Origin: Candidatus Kaiserbacteria bacterium CG10_big_fil_rev_8_21_14_0_10_47_16
GTDB taxonomy: Bacteria > Patescibacteriota > Minisyncoccia > Phycocordibacterales > UBA918
Assembly (NCBI GenBank): GCA_002773395.1
Contig: PFBI01000006.1
Span: 12,049-76,048 of the forward strand
Length of the DNA stretch: 64,000 bases
Direction: 5' to 3'
Shown: in pieces, positions 32,848 to 43,402 of the stretch
Position numbering within the stretch: position 1 is the first letter of the stretch
How the letters are laid out: every line of letters begins with the position of its first letter
Notes under the pieces: model-generated
Databases searched by the model: none
Told to the model about the DNA's origin: nothing
What the model saw: the letters and a program-made list of their open reading frames with translations, nothing else
Translations under genes and position numbers: made by a program

Positions 32848-35061
32848 ATGGAGGAGAAATCATCACAACTACCGGAAATCTTTTTGAAGCCGTATGACGC
32901 ACAGGCGCATGAAAAGAAATGTTATGAAATGTGGGAATCCTCAGGCCTCTTTAATCCTGACGTGAGTGTTGAAAAAGGTATAACGCAGAAAGATGCGGAA
33001 ACATTTTCAATGGTGCTTCCGCCGCCAAACGTCACCGGTCACCTCCACATGGGAAGTGCGCTTATGCTTGCCATTGAAGACATGATGGTTCGTCATGCGC
33101 GCATGCAAGGAAAACGAACACTTTGGATTCCGGGGACAGACTCAGCGGCAATCGCAACGCAGGCTCGCGTAGAAAAAGATATTCAAAAAGAAGAAAAGAA
33201 AACGCGTCACGATCTTGGACGTGAAGAACTTCTTAAGCGTATTGATGCATTCGTCGAGAAAAATAAAAGTCACATGATCGGTCAGATGCGCGCAATGGGG
33301 GCATCGCTCGACTGGAGTCGCTATGCGTATACGATGGATGACGCGCGATACGACGCGGTGATGGAAGCGTTTATCCAAATGCATGCCGCAGGGCTCATTT
33401 ACCGCGGGAACCGCATTGTAAACTGGGATCCAAAAGGCCAGACGACAATTTCTGACGATGAAATTGTCTATGAAGAGCGAAAAGCCACGCTCTATACATT
33501 TAAATATTCAAAGGACTTCCCTATTCCAGTTTCAACAACCCGTCTTGAAACAAAAGTTGGGGACGTCGCCGTCGCAGTACATCCAGATGACGCACGCTAC
33601 AAGGAATTTGTTGGAAAGGAGTATGACGTGATGTTTTGTGATGTACCGCTTCATATAACTATTGTTGCTGATACTGAAGTTGATCCAGAATTTGGAACTG
33701 GCGCGCTCGGTGTCACTCCAGCACATAGTCATGTTGACTGGGAGATTGCCGACCGGCACGGCATCACAAATCGCCCTGCCGTTATTAATGAATACGCAAA
33801 GATGACCGTCGCAGGACATCTTGAAGGGATGAAGGTGAACGAAGCGCGGGAAGCGGTAGCAGAGTGGCTCCGTGCTGAAGATCTTCTTGAGAAAGAAGAA
33901 GAAATCACCCAAAACGTTTCTACTGCAGAACGCACAGGAGGTATCGTTGAACCACTCCCAAAGCTCCAATGGTGGATTGACGTAGATAAAACGTTCACAC
34001 TTCCCCATTCTGAGATTCCAGGTATTGAAAGCGGTTCAGAGACAACACTTAAAGAAATCATGCGGAGCGCGGTAAAAAGCGGCACTATTCAGTTTGTCTC
34101 AGAGCGTCATGAACGTGTATATATGAACTGGATCGACAACCTCCGGCCGTGGTGTATCTCACGACAAATCTGGTTTGGTCACCGTATTCCTGTTTGGCAC
34201 AAAGACGAAGAAATGAAAGTACAAGTTGAATCTCCAGGCGAAAGCTGGGAACAAGACCCCGATGTGCTCGATACGTGGTTCTCTTCTGGACTTTGGACGT
34301 TTAGTACACTCGGCTGGCCAAACGAGACTGACGACCTAAAAACATACCATCCAACGACACTCATTGAGAGCGGGTACGATATTCTTTTCTTTTGGATTGC
34401 ACGTATGGTGCTCATGAGCGGCTTTTTCCTTGGGCAGGTACCATTTAAGACCGTCTACCTTCACGGATTGGTACGTGATGGTCAGGGACGAAAGATTTCA
34501 AAATCACTTGGCAACAATATCGATCCTATCGATATGATCGAGAAGTACGGGACTGACGCCGTTCGTCTTTCACTCGTGACCAATATGGTCCCCGGAAGCG
34601 ATAGTCGAATCTCTGAAGACAAGATCCGTGGCTACAAGCACTTCGCAAACAAAATTTGGAATATCTCTCGGTTTGTTCTGGAGAACCGAACGGTTGATAC
34701 TGCCAAGGAAACACAGTGGGATGACGCCGACAAACGCGACCTCGCCGAACTCGATGCAACAATTACTGATGTGAACGGACATATGGAATCGCATCGTATC
34801 GACCTTGCAGTTGACGCTGTCTATCACTATGTATGGCATACGTTTGCCGATGAGGTGATTGAACGAAGTAAAGATGCGCTCAAGGGTGACGACGTATCTG
34901 CTCGTATTCGTACATCTCGCAAGCTCCAACACATCCTCACCACCTCACTTAAGCTCCTGCATCCGTTCATGCCGTTTGTGACTGAAGCTGTTTGGCAAGA
35001 ACTTCCAAAAGATATGAAAGACGCCGAACTTCTCATGGTAGCGAAGTGGCCGCGCACATAG
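32848..35061 (+). CDS. valS: valine--tRNA ligase (short form without the C-terminal coiled coil)
   Basis: PPPNVTGHLHMGSA (HIGH), WCISRQIWFGHRIPVW, KISKSLGNNIDP (KMSKS). The start was taken at MEEKSS; the ORF track start at 32827 is GTG. Confidence 0.9.
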   Translation: MEEKSSQLPEIFLKPYDAQAHEKKCYEMWESSGLFNPDVSVEKGITQKDAETFSMVLPPPNVTGHLHMGSALMLAIEDMMVRHARMQGKRTLWIPGTDSAAIATQARVEKDIQKEEKKTRHDLGREELLKRIDAFVEKNKSHMIGQMRAMGASLDWSRYAYTMDDARYDAVMEAFIQMHAAGLIYRGNRIVNWDPKGQTTISDDEIVYEERKATLYTFKYSKDFPIPVSTTRLETKVGDVAVAVHPDDARYKEFVGKEYDVMFCDVPLHITIVADTEVDPEFGTGALGVTPAHSHVDWEIADRHGITNRPAVINEYAKMTVAGHLEGMKVNEAREAVAEWLRAEDLLEKEEEITQNVSTAERTGGIVEPLPKLQWWIDVDKTFTLPHSEIPGIESGSETTLKEIMRSAVKSGTIQFVSERHERVYMNWIDNLRPWCISRQIWFGHRIPVWHKDEEMKVQVESPGESWEQDPDVLDTWFSSGLWTFSTLGWPNETDDLKTYHPTTLIESGYDILFFWIARMVLMSGFFLGQVPFKTVYLHGLVRDGQGRKISKSLGNNIDPIDMIEKYGTDAVRLSLVTNMVPGSDSRISEDKIRGYKHFANKIWNISRFVLENRTVDTAKETQWDDADKRDLAELDATITDVNGHMESHRIDLAVDAVYHYVWHTFADEVIERSKDALKGDDVSARIRTSRKLQHILTTSLKLLHPFMPFVTEAVWQELPKDMKDAELLMVAKWPRT

Positions 35062-35133
35062 CCAAATCATCGACATTTTGTAAAAACGTGGTACTCTGAG
35101 GGCACTAACTTAGTGTTTTAGAACTGTTTACAT

Positions 35134-36636
35134 ATGAAAATTATAGGACGCCTACATCGACGTTATGGGAAACGCTTTATTTGGAGCGTTGCTGGAGCTG
35201 CACTCGTTATCATCATTATTATTGTGGTCGCTATTAAGAGTAGCGAAAATACCGCATCAATTGCTACAAATGTACCGCCAACAGTGGTGGTTTCAAGTGT
35301 TCGTGATATTTCAGGTAAAAATACTATCAATTTGATTGGTTCTGTCGAAGCTGTCGACGAAGTACGTCTTGAGACAGAGGCATCAGGCCGCATTACCAGC
35401 GTTGGTGTTGGACTTGGCGATTCAGTAGCTGCCGGACAAATCATTGCGCAAATTGAGAACGCGAGCGAATACGCTGCACTTCTCCAAGCGCAAGGATCCT
35501 ACGAAGCAGCAGTTGCTTCTTCACGTTCTACAAGTGTAAGTCTGATCAACGCACAAAGCGATGCAATCAACACCTACCGAAGTAGCTACTCAAAAACAAA
35601 CGACGTCATTCTTAATACAATCGATAGCCTCTTTTCAAATCCAAAAGCAATAACGCCAGGTGTCCGTATTCAGACTGGTAGTAATGTCGATATCCTCAAC
35701 AGCGAACGTTACGCTTTCAATACCATGCTCTCTGAGTGGCAGAAGCAGAGTGTTACTCTCACGACAAGCAGTGATCTCCATGCAGCGCTTCGTGAAGCAC
35801 GTGCAAACGTCACTCGCGTACAGAAGATGATCGATATCTTTATTCCGTATCTCGCATCAGAAGACGCGGGAACATTTACCGAAACACAACTCAGTACCAT
35901 CCGCTCAAACTTCGCATCGTCAGATACCGTTATTACTTCTCTCCTCAATTCAATTAATAGCGCCGAGGATACACTTTCACGCGCAGAACTCAGTAGCTCT
36001 GGAGGCGTTGTGTCTGCAGCTGACGCCCAAGTGAAGCAAGCACTCGGAAGTCTCAAGGCCGCTGAAGCAAACTATGCAAAAACAGTCATTCGGACTTCAA
36101 TTGCAGGTACGGTGAACTCCCTCTCAGTAAAAACTGGTGACTACGTATCAACATTCGCACCGGTCGCTATCGTGGCAAATAATAATGCGCTTGAAATCAC
36201 CACCTACGTTGGTGCATCAGATCGTGACCGTATCGCGGTTGGACAGAAAGTTATTATTGCAAAGAAATATACTGGCGTGGTAACGCAGGTTGCACCGGCC
36301 GTTGATCCTGTAACGAAAAAAGTTGAAGTAAAAATCCAAGCAGAGACAGCCGATATCTCAAACGGCGATACTGTCGACATTAGTATTACAACAACCAACG
36401 AAACAGCCGTCACCGTCGGTCCGATTCTCGTACCTATTACTGCAGTGAAGTTTAATGCTGAAAACGGTGACGTCTTCTCTGTTGTCGAAGGTCAACTCGT
36501 TTCTCATCCGGTGGTGATTGGGGATGTTCGCGGCGCCTTTGTTGAGATTCTTGATGGTATTACCTTCGATGATACGATCGTACTCGATGCTCGTGGTCTT
36601 AATGCTGGAGAACGTGTAGAAGCAATACTCCCCTAG
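35134..36636 (+). CDS. efflux RND transporter periplasmic adaptor subunit (HlyD/MFP family)
   Basis: N-terminal TM, GSVEAVDEVRLETEASGRITSV..GDSVAAGQIIAQI, coiled-coil segment, VIRTSIAGTVNSLSVKTGDYV. Confidence 0.8.
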   Translation: MKIIGRLHRRYGKRFIWSVAGAALVIIIIIVVAIKSSENTASIATNVPPTVVVSSVRDISGKNTINLIGSVEAVDEVRLETEASGRITSVGVGLGDSVAAGQIIAQIENASEYAALLQAQGSYEAAVASSRSTSVSLINAQSDAINTYRSSYSKTNDVILNTIDSLFSNPKAITPGVRIQTGSNVDILNSERYAFNTMLSEWQKQSVTLTTSSDLHAALREARANVTRVQKMIDIFIPYLASEDAGTFTETQLSTIRSNFASSDTVITSLLNSINSAEDTLSRAELSSSGGVVSAADAQVKQALGSLKAAEANYAKTVIRTSIAGTVNSLSVKTGDYVSTFAPVAIVANNNALEITTYVGASDRDRIAVGQKVIIAKKYTGVVTQVAPAVDPVTKKVEVKIQAETADISNGDTVDISITTTNETAVTVGPILVPITAVKFNAENGDVFSVVEGQLVSHPVVIGDVRGAFVEILDGITFDDTIVLDARGLNAGERVEAILP

Positions 36637-36647
36637 CCATATTCTGT

Positions 36648-39600
36648 ATGTATAAACTCTGGCAATTTTTTATCCTCAACAACCGTTTCAGCTACCTCAT
36701 GATGGTTGCGTTAACTGGTTTTGGTATTCTCTCCCTCTTTCTTATTCCGAAAGAATCAGCTCCCGAGGTACAAATTCCAATCGGCGTGGTGAGTGTCCTC
36801 CTTCCTGGAGCACCTGCAGCAGACATCGAATCCCTCGTCACAAATGAGATTGAGCGAGGTATCGCCGGCTCACTTGAGAACGTAAAATCAATTACCTCCA
36901 CCTCACGAGAGAGTGTGTCTGTGGTGACCGTTGAGTTTGAAGACAGTGCAGATATTGATGTTGCGATTCAAGATCTTAAAGATAAAATCGACACCATCAA
37001 ACCCAATCTTCCAACGGATGCTGAAGATCCTGTAGTGTCGGAAGTAAATTTTGTCGATCAACCAGTCATGACGGTTGCGCTTTCTGCCAATCTTACTGAC
37101 GCTGAGCTCACTGCACTTACCGATACACTCGAAGTTGAAGTTGAGAACGTATCGGGCGTTTCTCGTATGGAAAAAAGCGGAGTGCGTGATCGAGAAGTAA
37201 CCGTTGTGGCCGACCAAGCGTCTCTCCAACGTTATGACATGAGCGTGATTGATATTTTAAATGGTATCCGCTCTGCAAACAGCACCTTCCCTGTCGGACA
37301 AATTGAGAACGACGGTGTGAACTACAACATTGCGTTTGAAGGTGATATTGCTGATAGCACCGAAATAGCCGGCATCGTAATCGGTATTCGTGGTGGTCAA
37401 CCAGTCTACGTCCGCGATGTTGCCAAGATTGATGATGGACTCGGTCCGACCGTTACCCTCTCTCGCCTCTCTGTCGACGGAAAGCCGTCAGTACACGCTG
37501 CATCCTTTAGTGTGTACAAACAGCGTGGTGGCGATATCACCCGCATCACCGGCGCAGTGAACGACCGTCTGAGTGAGCTTCAAAAGCCCGGTGAACTTCT
37601 TGATGGTATTACCGTCGTCACTGTCCTCGATAGCGGAAAGGATATCAAAACAGACCTCACAAGGCTCTCTCGATCAGGTGTACAAACGGTTATCCTCGTT
37701 ATTATTGTGCTGGTTCTTGCCATTGGTTGGCGAGAAGGATTTGTTGCAGGAAGCGCAATCCCTCTTTCGTTCCTCATTGGATTCATCGGCCTTTATCTCT
37801 CAGGTAATACCATAAACTTCGTAAGCCTTTTTGCGCTCATTCTTGCCATCGGTATTCTTGTCGATTCGGCAATTGTGATGGTTGAAGGAATCAACCGCCG
37901 TATGAAGGAAGACCCCCATATTGATAAATCAAAAGCTGCACTCGAGACTATTCGTGAGTTTAGTACTCCGCTCATTTCTGGAACACTCACGACGGTTGCT
38001 ATGTTCTCTGGACTCTTCCTCATCTCTGGAGTCACCGGCCAATTCATTGGAGCGATTCCGTTTACGATTAACTTTATCCTTTTTGCCTCACTTCTTGTTG
38101 CACTTGGATTTGTACCGCTCATCGCATCGACAGTGCTCAGACGACGAAGTGAGACAAACTTTGAGAAAAGACAAATTGCTTATTCTCACAAACTTGAAAC
38201 GTGGTACCGCTCAAAGCTTTCGCTCATCATCGGAAATAAAAAGAACGAACGGAAGTTTCTTTGGATCATTGGTATCGCACTCATTGTTGCGCTCGCGCTT
38301 CCAATCACCGGTGTCGTAAAGGTGATCTTCTTCGAACAGTCCGATATTGATTGGATTTATGCAGAAGTAGAACTCCCACAAGGGAGCACACGCGCTGAGA
38401 CTGATGTCGCCGTACGACGTGTTGAGGAGTATCTCTACCAAGAGCCTGACGTTGCATCCTTTGTAACGACAGTTGGTCAAGCTGCTGTGTATGGTGGGAA
38501 CGGTGGTACCACCGATGAAAAGTTCGGCAACATGTTCATCACTCTTAAACCTGACCGCAAAGATACCAGTACCGATGTCGTGGAGCGACTTCGAGGTACC
38601 TTTTCTGAAATTCGTGATGTAACCGTTACCGTAGACCAGCCAAGCGATGGGCCACCAACAGGATCCGAACTCGGGTACCGTTTCCTCGGAGACGACCTTG
38701 CTGAACTCACTGAGCTTGCAAATAAAGGTGCGATTATTCTGAAGGATATTTCTGGCACCACCAACGTCGTCACGAGTACTAACAACAACAGTACCGAATT
38801 TGTACTCACACTCAATAAACAGAAAGCGTCCGCACTCGGTCTTTCACCGCAACTTATTTCTCAGACACTTCGTGCCGCAGTGTACGGTATGACCGCAACA
38901 TCACTCACGACACTCGATTCTGATATCGACGTTATTGTAAAACTCGACCTCACACAAAGTGGCGCACTCACCTCTGATGCAACGAATATTGCAAACCTTG
39001 AGACACTCAAGAACATTCAATTCATTACACCATCTGGCGAAACCGTTCTTCTCTCTTCCTTTGCGGACGTATCGCTCCGTGAATCAAGTAACGTTATTTC
39101 ACACGACGAACAACGCCGCGTCGTCTCACTTTCTGGTGGTATTACTGCTGATGGCAATATTGCGACCATCAATGCTGAATTCGAGAAGCGCTTGCGTGAA
39201 GAAATAAACATTCCAAGTGATGTCACGATTGAGATTGGTGGACAAACAGAGGAGTCCAACAAAGCATTCATGGAAATGTTCCTTGCACTTATTGTAGGAG
39301 TCATTCTCATGCTCGCTGTATTGGTATTGCAGTTCAATTCATTCCGTCACACATTCTACGTACTTTCAATTCTTCCATTCTCACTCATTGGTATCATGGC
39401 AGGACTCGCGATTACCCAACTCCCTCTTTCCTTCCCATCTATCATGGGATTCATCGCGCTCTCAGGTATTGTGGTAAATAACTCAATCCTCCTCATCGAT
39501 ATGATGAACGAGAATCGTCGCAAATACCCAGACCGTGACCTCCTTGAAAACATCATGAATGCCGCATCTTCACGACTCCGCCCGATTCTCCTTACCACCC

Positions 39601-39752
39601 TCACCACCGTGATCGGTATGATCCCGCTTACGTATGCGTCAGACCTTTGGTCACCGCTTGCGTGGGCAATTATGTTCGGACTCACCTTCTCAGTGGTCAT
39701 TACCCTTGTCCTGATTCCTGTGATTTACCACCGTAACCCAGGCAAGATTTAG
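36648..39752 (+). CDS. efflux RND transporter permease (AcrB/HAE1-like)
   Basis: 1034 aa, 12-TM RND layout. C-terminus FIALSGIVVNNSILLIDMMNENRRKYPDRDLLENIMNAASSRLRPILLTTLTTVIGMIPL. Confidence 0.9.
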   Translation: MYKLWQFFILNNRFSYLMMVALTGFGILSLFLIPKESAPEVQIPIGVVSVLLPGAPAADIESLVTNEIERGIAGSLENVKSITSTSRESVSVVTVEFEDSADIDVAIQDLKDKIDTIKPNLPTDAEDPVVSEVNFVDQPVMTVALSANLTDAELTALTDTLEVEVENVSGVSRMEKSGVRDREVTVVADQASLQRYDMSVIDILNGIRSANSTFPVGQIENDGVNYNIAFEGDIADSTEIAGIVIGIRGGQPVYVRDVAKIDDGLGPTVTLSRLSVDGKPSVHAASFSVYKQRGGDITRITGAVNDRLSELQKPGELLDGITVVTVLDSGKDIKTDLTRLSRSGVQTVILVIIVLVLAIGWREGFVAGSAIPLSFLIGFIGLYLSGNTINFVSLFALILAIGILVDSAIVMVEGINRRMKEDPHIDKSKAALETIREFSTPLISGTLTTVAMFSGLFLISGVTGQFIGAIPFTINFILFASLLVALGFVPLIASTVLRRRSETNFEKRQIAYSHKLETWYRSKLSLIIGNKKNERKFLWIIGIALIVALALPITGVVKVIFFEQSDIDWIYAEVELPQGSTRAETDVAVRRVEEYLYQEPDVASFVTTVGQAAVYGGNGGTTDEKFGNMFITLKPDRKDTSTDVVERLRGTFSEIRDVTVTVDQPSDGPPTGSELGYRFLGDDLAELTELANKGAIILKDISGTTNVVTSTNNNSTEFVLTLNKQKASALGLSPQLISQTLRAAVYGMTATSLTTLDSDIDVIVKLDLTQSGALTSDATNIANLETLKNIQFITPSGETVLLSSFADVSLRESSNVISHDEQRRVVSLSGGITADGNIATINAEFEKRLREEINIPSDVTIEIGGQTEESNKAFMEMFLALIVGVILMLAVLVLQFNSFRHTFYVLSILPFSLIGIMAGLAITQLPLSFPSIMGFIALSGIVVNNSILLIDMMNENRRKYPDRDLLENIMNAASSRLRPILLTTLTTVIGMIPLTYASDLWSPLAWAIMFGLTFSVVITLVLIPVIYHRNPGKI

Positions 39753-39759
39753 AGGAATT

Positions 39760-39785
39760 GCGTACCATATACAAATATGGTACGC
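39760..39785 (+). promoter_or_regulatory. 11-bp perfect stem-loop (gcgtaccatat acaa atatggtacgc) between the RND permease stop and the rpsU start; terminator or attenuator
   Basis: Read directly. No T-tract. It ends 12 nt before the rpsU ATG. Confidence 0.4.
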
Positions 39786-39797
39786 TTGCAACCACAT

Positions 39798-40043
39798 ATG
39801 TCAGTAAACGTTCAGGTAGAAAAAAACAACAACGAAAGCACTGCGAACCTTATTCGTCGTTTTACGAAGCGCGTACAAGGATCAGGGATTATTAATCGTA
39901 TCCGTCGTGAGCGTTACTACAAACGCGCAAAGTCACGGAACATTGGTAAGACTGCCAAACTCCTCAAGCTCGAAAAGAAGGTAAAGTACGAAACCCTTCT
40001 CAAGCTCGGTAAGATTCAAGAAACTCGCGGACGCCGACGATAA
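39798..40043 (+). CDS. rpsU: 30S ribosomal protein S21
   Basis: MSVNVQVEKNNNESTANLIRRFTKRVQGSGIINRIRRERYYKRAKSRN matches the S21 pattern (MP.I.V..NE..D.ALRRFKR). Confidence 0.8.
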   Translation: MSVNVQVEKNNNESTANLIRRFTKRVQGSGIINRIRRERYYKRAKSRNIGKTAKLLKLEKKVKYETLLKLGKIQETRGRRR

Positions 40044-40049
40044 TCATAC

Positions 40050-40086
40050 AAAAACGACCGCACGGGACTCCGTGCGGTCGTTTTTA
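40050..40086 (+). terminator. intrinsic terminator (aaaaacgaccgcacgggactccgtgcggtcgttttt)
   Basis: Perfect 11-bp stem with A5/T5. Confidence 0.8.
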
Positions 40087-40136
40087 GTTTATAACCCGTC
40101 TGTAAGCCAGCCTAAGTAGCGTATACTAGCAAGAAC

Positions 40137-40517
40137 ATGAAAGCATTTGACGTTTCAGCAACAGTGGCTGAGTACCCGAAACTCCCGTACGAAAAGATAA
40201 AGAATGATATCTTGGGAAGTTCTTACAATCTGTCTCTCGTTTTTATTGGGAAGACACGCGCACAATCACTCAACAAAACGTACCGAAAGAAATCGTATGT
40301 ACCGAATGTACTTTCGTTTCCAATCGAAAAGAGTGTAGGAGAAATTTTTATTACACCGGAAGTTGCGCAGCGTGAAGCAAAGAAACACGACCTCTCCTAC
40401 TCAGGATATATCGGATTTTTGTTTATCCACGGTTTATTGCATTTGAAAGGACTCGCTCACGGCGATACAATGGAGAAAGCAGAAAAACGCTTCATTTCAA
40501 AGTATCGACTGAAGTAA
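40137..40517 (+). CDS. ybeY: rRNA maturation endoribonuclease YbeY
   Basis: IHGLLHLKGLAHGDTME is the H..LH..G.DH metal motif. 126 aa. Confidence 0.85.
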   Translation: MKAFDVSATVAEYPKLPYEKIKNDILGSSYNLSLVFIGKTRAQSLNKTYRKKSYVPNVLSFPIEKSVGEIFITPEVAQREAKKHDLSYSGYIGFLFIHGLLHLKGLAHGDTMEKAEKRFISKYRLK

Positions 40518-40540
40518 TGGTGGGAGTGTACACATAATAT

Positions 40541-41710
40541 ATGGCAGATAAAATCGTAACCGGAATAGACGTAGGAACCTTTCAAGTAAAGGTGGTTATT
40601 ACGAGCTGCCCAAAGAAAGATGCGAGTCGTACACTTCCCCAGATTATTGGTACAGGATTTGCTGAATCACGAGGTCTCCGCAACGGCTACATCATCAACG
40701 AGAGCGACGTAGTGCGAAGTGTTCGTAACGCTGTCGCGCAAGCCGAGAAAGCCGCTGGTGTCTCTGTGAAGCACGCCTATATCTCAATGGGTGGTATTGG
40801 TCTCGATGAAATTCGCTCACGTGGTGAAGTGATTACCTCACGTGCTGACTCAGAAATTACGCAGACAGACTTGGACAAAGCGATGCAAGATAGCGAAGAA
40901 CGCATTATTGATCAAATCCCGAACCGTCGAATACTCCACGCAATTCCCCTTTCATACGTTGTTGACGGTGACCCTGTCTTTGGCCGCCCACACGGTCTCA
41001 AGGGTACGAAGCTCGAAGTTGAGACACTCTTCATCACTGCCTTCGAACAGCACCTCAGCGACCTTGTAGGGGCCATTGAGGGCATTGGTATCGCTGTGGA
41101 CGATGTTATGGCATCACCTGTTGCAGGAAGTCTCGTGATGCTCACAAAAGCTCAGAAACGAGCCGGATGCGTACTTGCCAATATCGGCGCTGAAACTGTT
41201 TCGATTGTGGTCTTTGAAAACAGCACTCCTGTCTCACTTAAAGTCTTTCCTATTGGTTCAAGTGACATCACCAACGATATTGCGCTTGGTCTCAAGATTC
41301 CTCTGGAAGAAGCAGAGAAGGTGAAGCGCGGAGGTATGACCAGTGCAGCAATTTCAAAACGAAAACTTGATGAGATCGTAGCAGCGCGCCTCACTGATAT
41401 TTTTGAACTCATTGATTCACACCTTAAAAAGATTAAACGAGACGGACTCCTTCCGGCAGGAATTATTATTACCGGCGGCGGATCTGGTATTGCAACCATC
41501 CAAGATCTTGCAAAAGCATCTCTCCGACTTCCCTCTAAAATCGCAACACTCGATCCTGCACAAAACGGAAAAGTAAAGGATGCATCATGGGCAGTTGCGT
41601 ACGGACTTTGTATTTGGGGAAGCTCAAGTGCAGAAGAAGACACCGGGATCATAACTGCCAAGAAAGCTGGGGGCACCCTCCTCAACTGGTTGAAACAATT
41701 TCTTCCATAA
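40541..41710 (+). CDS. ftsA: cell division protein FtsA
   Basis: IVTGIDVGTFQVKVVI, actin-like ATPase fold, IITGGGSGIATIQDLA. Confidence 0.9.
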   Translation: MADKIVTGIDVGTFQVKVVITSCPKKDASRTLPQIIGTGFAESRGLRNGYIINESDVVRSVRNAVAQAEKAAGVSVKHAYISMGGIGLDEIRSRGEVITSRADSEITQTDLDKAMQDSEERIIDQIPNRRILHAIPLSYVVDGDPVFGRPHGLKGTKLEVETLFITAFEQHLSDLVGAIEGIGIAVDDVMASPVAGSLVMLTKAQKRAGCVLANIGAETVSIVVFENSTPVSLKVFPIGSSDITNDIALGLKIPLEEAEKVKRGGMTSAAISKRKLDEIVAARLTDIFELIDSHLKKIKRDGLLPAGIIITGGGSGIATIQDLAKASLRLPSKIATLDPAQNGKVKDASWAVAYGLCIWGSSSAEEDTGIITAKKAGGTLLNWLKQFLP

Positions 41711-41920
41711 TATAGTTTTTGACTAGTCCGGCATCCACTTACCCTGGATGTCTTTTATTTTCAATGTTATTTCAATATATTTTTCTATAAAATCAATCGC
41801 ACGAAACAGAAGAATGTCAACGGAGTGACAGGGGAAAACAGGCACGGTATGATGTGGGTACTTCGTTCTTGGGGTTGGGATCCCGAACGTATTTTGGAAT
41901 CATTAATTCAATATTCAGTT

Positions 41921-43141
41921 ATGGAACAAATAAAAACAGACGTTGAATCATTCGCACGAATTCGCGTCGTTGGTGTTGGTGGTTCAGGCAAGAATGCAGT
42001 GAACCACATGGTGAACTCGAAGGTGAAAGGGGTTGAGTTCATCGCGATCAACAGTGATGCGCAAGATTTGCACAACTCACTTGCAAAGAAGAAGATCCAC
42101 ATCGGAAAAAATCTGACGCGAGGACTTGGTGCCGGCGGTGATCCTGATATGGGACGACGTGCAGCAGAAGAAACGCGTGAAGAGATTGCAAACGCAATCA
42201 AAGGATCCGACATGGTCTTCATCACAGGAGGTATGGGAGGTGGTACCGGAACAGGATCTGCACCTGTTGTTGCAAAGATTGCACGAGAGACAGGAGCACT
42301 CACTGTTGGTGTTGTCACCAAACCATTCCTCTTTGAAGGACAAGAACGTATGCGTCTTGCCCTCCAAGGTATTGCTGAACTTCAGAAAGAGGTTGATGCC
42401 CTCATTACGATTCCAAATGACCGACTCCTCGCTATTGTTGATAAAGAAACAACAGTAAAGAACGCGTTCGAGATGTGCGATAACGTCCTCAAGCAAGCGG
42501 TAGAAGGTATCTCTGACCTTATTACCATGCCAGGTATCATTAACGTCGACTTCGCCGATATCCGAAGCGTGATGGAAAACGCAGGATCAGCACTCATGGG
42601 TGTTGGACTTGCAACTGGTGAGAAGCGTGCTGAAGAAGCTGCTCGCGGATCAATCAATTCCCCACTCCTCGAAGTCTCTATTACTGGTGCAAAGGGCGTA
42701 CTCTTTGCAATTGCTGGTGGTGACGATCTCGGAATGCTTGAAATTCAAGATGCAGCTCGTGTAATTACGGAATCAATTGACCCACATGCGAAGGTAATCT
42801 TCGGTGCCATCCGTGACGACAAGCTAAAGAAGAACGAGCTTAAGGTGACGGTTATTGCGACAGGGTTCCCTGATGCTGGATTCCCTACCCGTCGTATCCA
42901 AGAAGAAGTCCGTGATTTTGGTGGAACTGATGACAGTGACGAATCTGGACGAGGACGAATCTTTAATTCACTCGGTACACCGCGTACTCCTGAACGGACT
43001 GAACAAAAGCAACCAAAAGAACCGGTCGCTGCAGTTGAAATGAAACCAAAAGAATCAAAGCCTGTCGAACCTATTGATGAGGATGAAGATGAAGACTGGG
43101 GCGCGGTGCCGGCATTTTTGCGACGAAGTAAGCTAAAATAG
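41921..43141 (+). CDS. ftsZ: cell division protein FtsZ
   Basis: [40 protein letters not shown]-terminal [11 protein letters not shown]. The start was taken at MEQIKTD; the ORF track extension from 41825 is probably spurious. Confidence 0.9.
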   Translation: MEQIKTDVESFARIRVVGVGGSGKNAVNHMVNSKVKGVEFIAINSDAQDLHNSLAKKKIHIGKNLTRGLGAGGDPDMGRRAAEETREEIANAIKGSDMVFITGGMGGGTGTGSAPVVAKIARETGALTVGVVTKPFLFEGQERMRLALQGIAELQKEVDALITIPNDRLLAIVDKETTVKNAFEMCDNVLKQAVEGISDLITMPGIINVDFADIRSVMENAGSALMGVGLATGEKRAEEAARGSINSPLLEVSITGAKGVLFAIAGGDDLGMLEIQDAARVITESIDPHAKVIFGAIRDDKLKKNELKVTVIATGFPDAGFPTRRIQEEVRDFGGTDDSDESGRGRIFNSLGTPRTPERTEQKQPKEPVAAVEMKPKESKPVEPIDEDEDEDWGAVPAFLRRSKLK

Positions 43142-43142
43142 C

Positions 43143-43252
43143 CGGCACTGCGGGCCGGAGCGTCGTGAGTCGCTCGTCCCAGAGCGACGAACCGCGAGGC
43201 GGGCTCGCGAGTACTTACTATTTTTAGAGCGTAGCGCTATAAAAATAGTTAG
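43143..43252 (+). ncRNA. candidate structured element: a 70-nt, ~70% GC multi-hairpin segment plus a 32-bp AT-rich imperfect palindrome (ctatttttagagcgtagcgctataaaaatag) in the ftsZ-trxB spacer; tentative
   Basis: Local GC spike in an AT-rich spacer. Self-complementary segments cgtcgctc/gagcgacg and cgcgag/ctcgcg. Confidence 0.25.
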
Positions 43253-43321
43253 TAACTTGTGAGCCGTTCCACCTTTTTCCCACAAATCTAAGCTTAAATA
43301 ATTATAGCTGCCCTCTAAGAA

Positions 43322-43356
43322 AAAACCCGCGAGCAGAGCTCGCGGGTTTTTTCTTT
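43322..43356 (+). terminator. intrinsic terminator (aaaaaacccgcgagcagagctcgcgggtttttt)
   Basis: 9-bp GC stem with A6/T6. Confidence 0.75.
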
Positions 43357-43402
43357 CTCTAATCTACGTTAGAATGTACTTCTATTATCGACTAAAGAAT
43401 TT

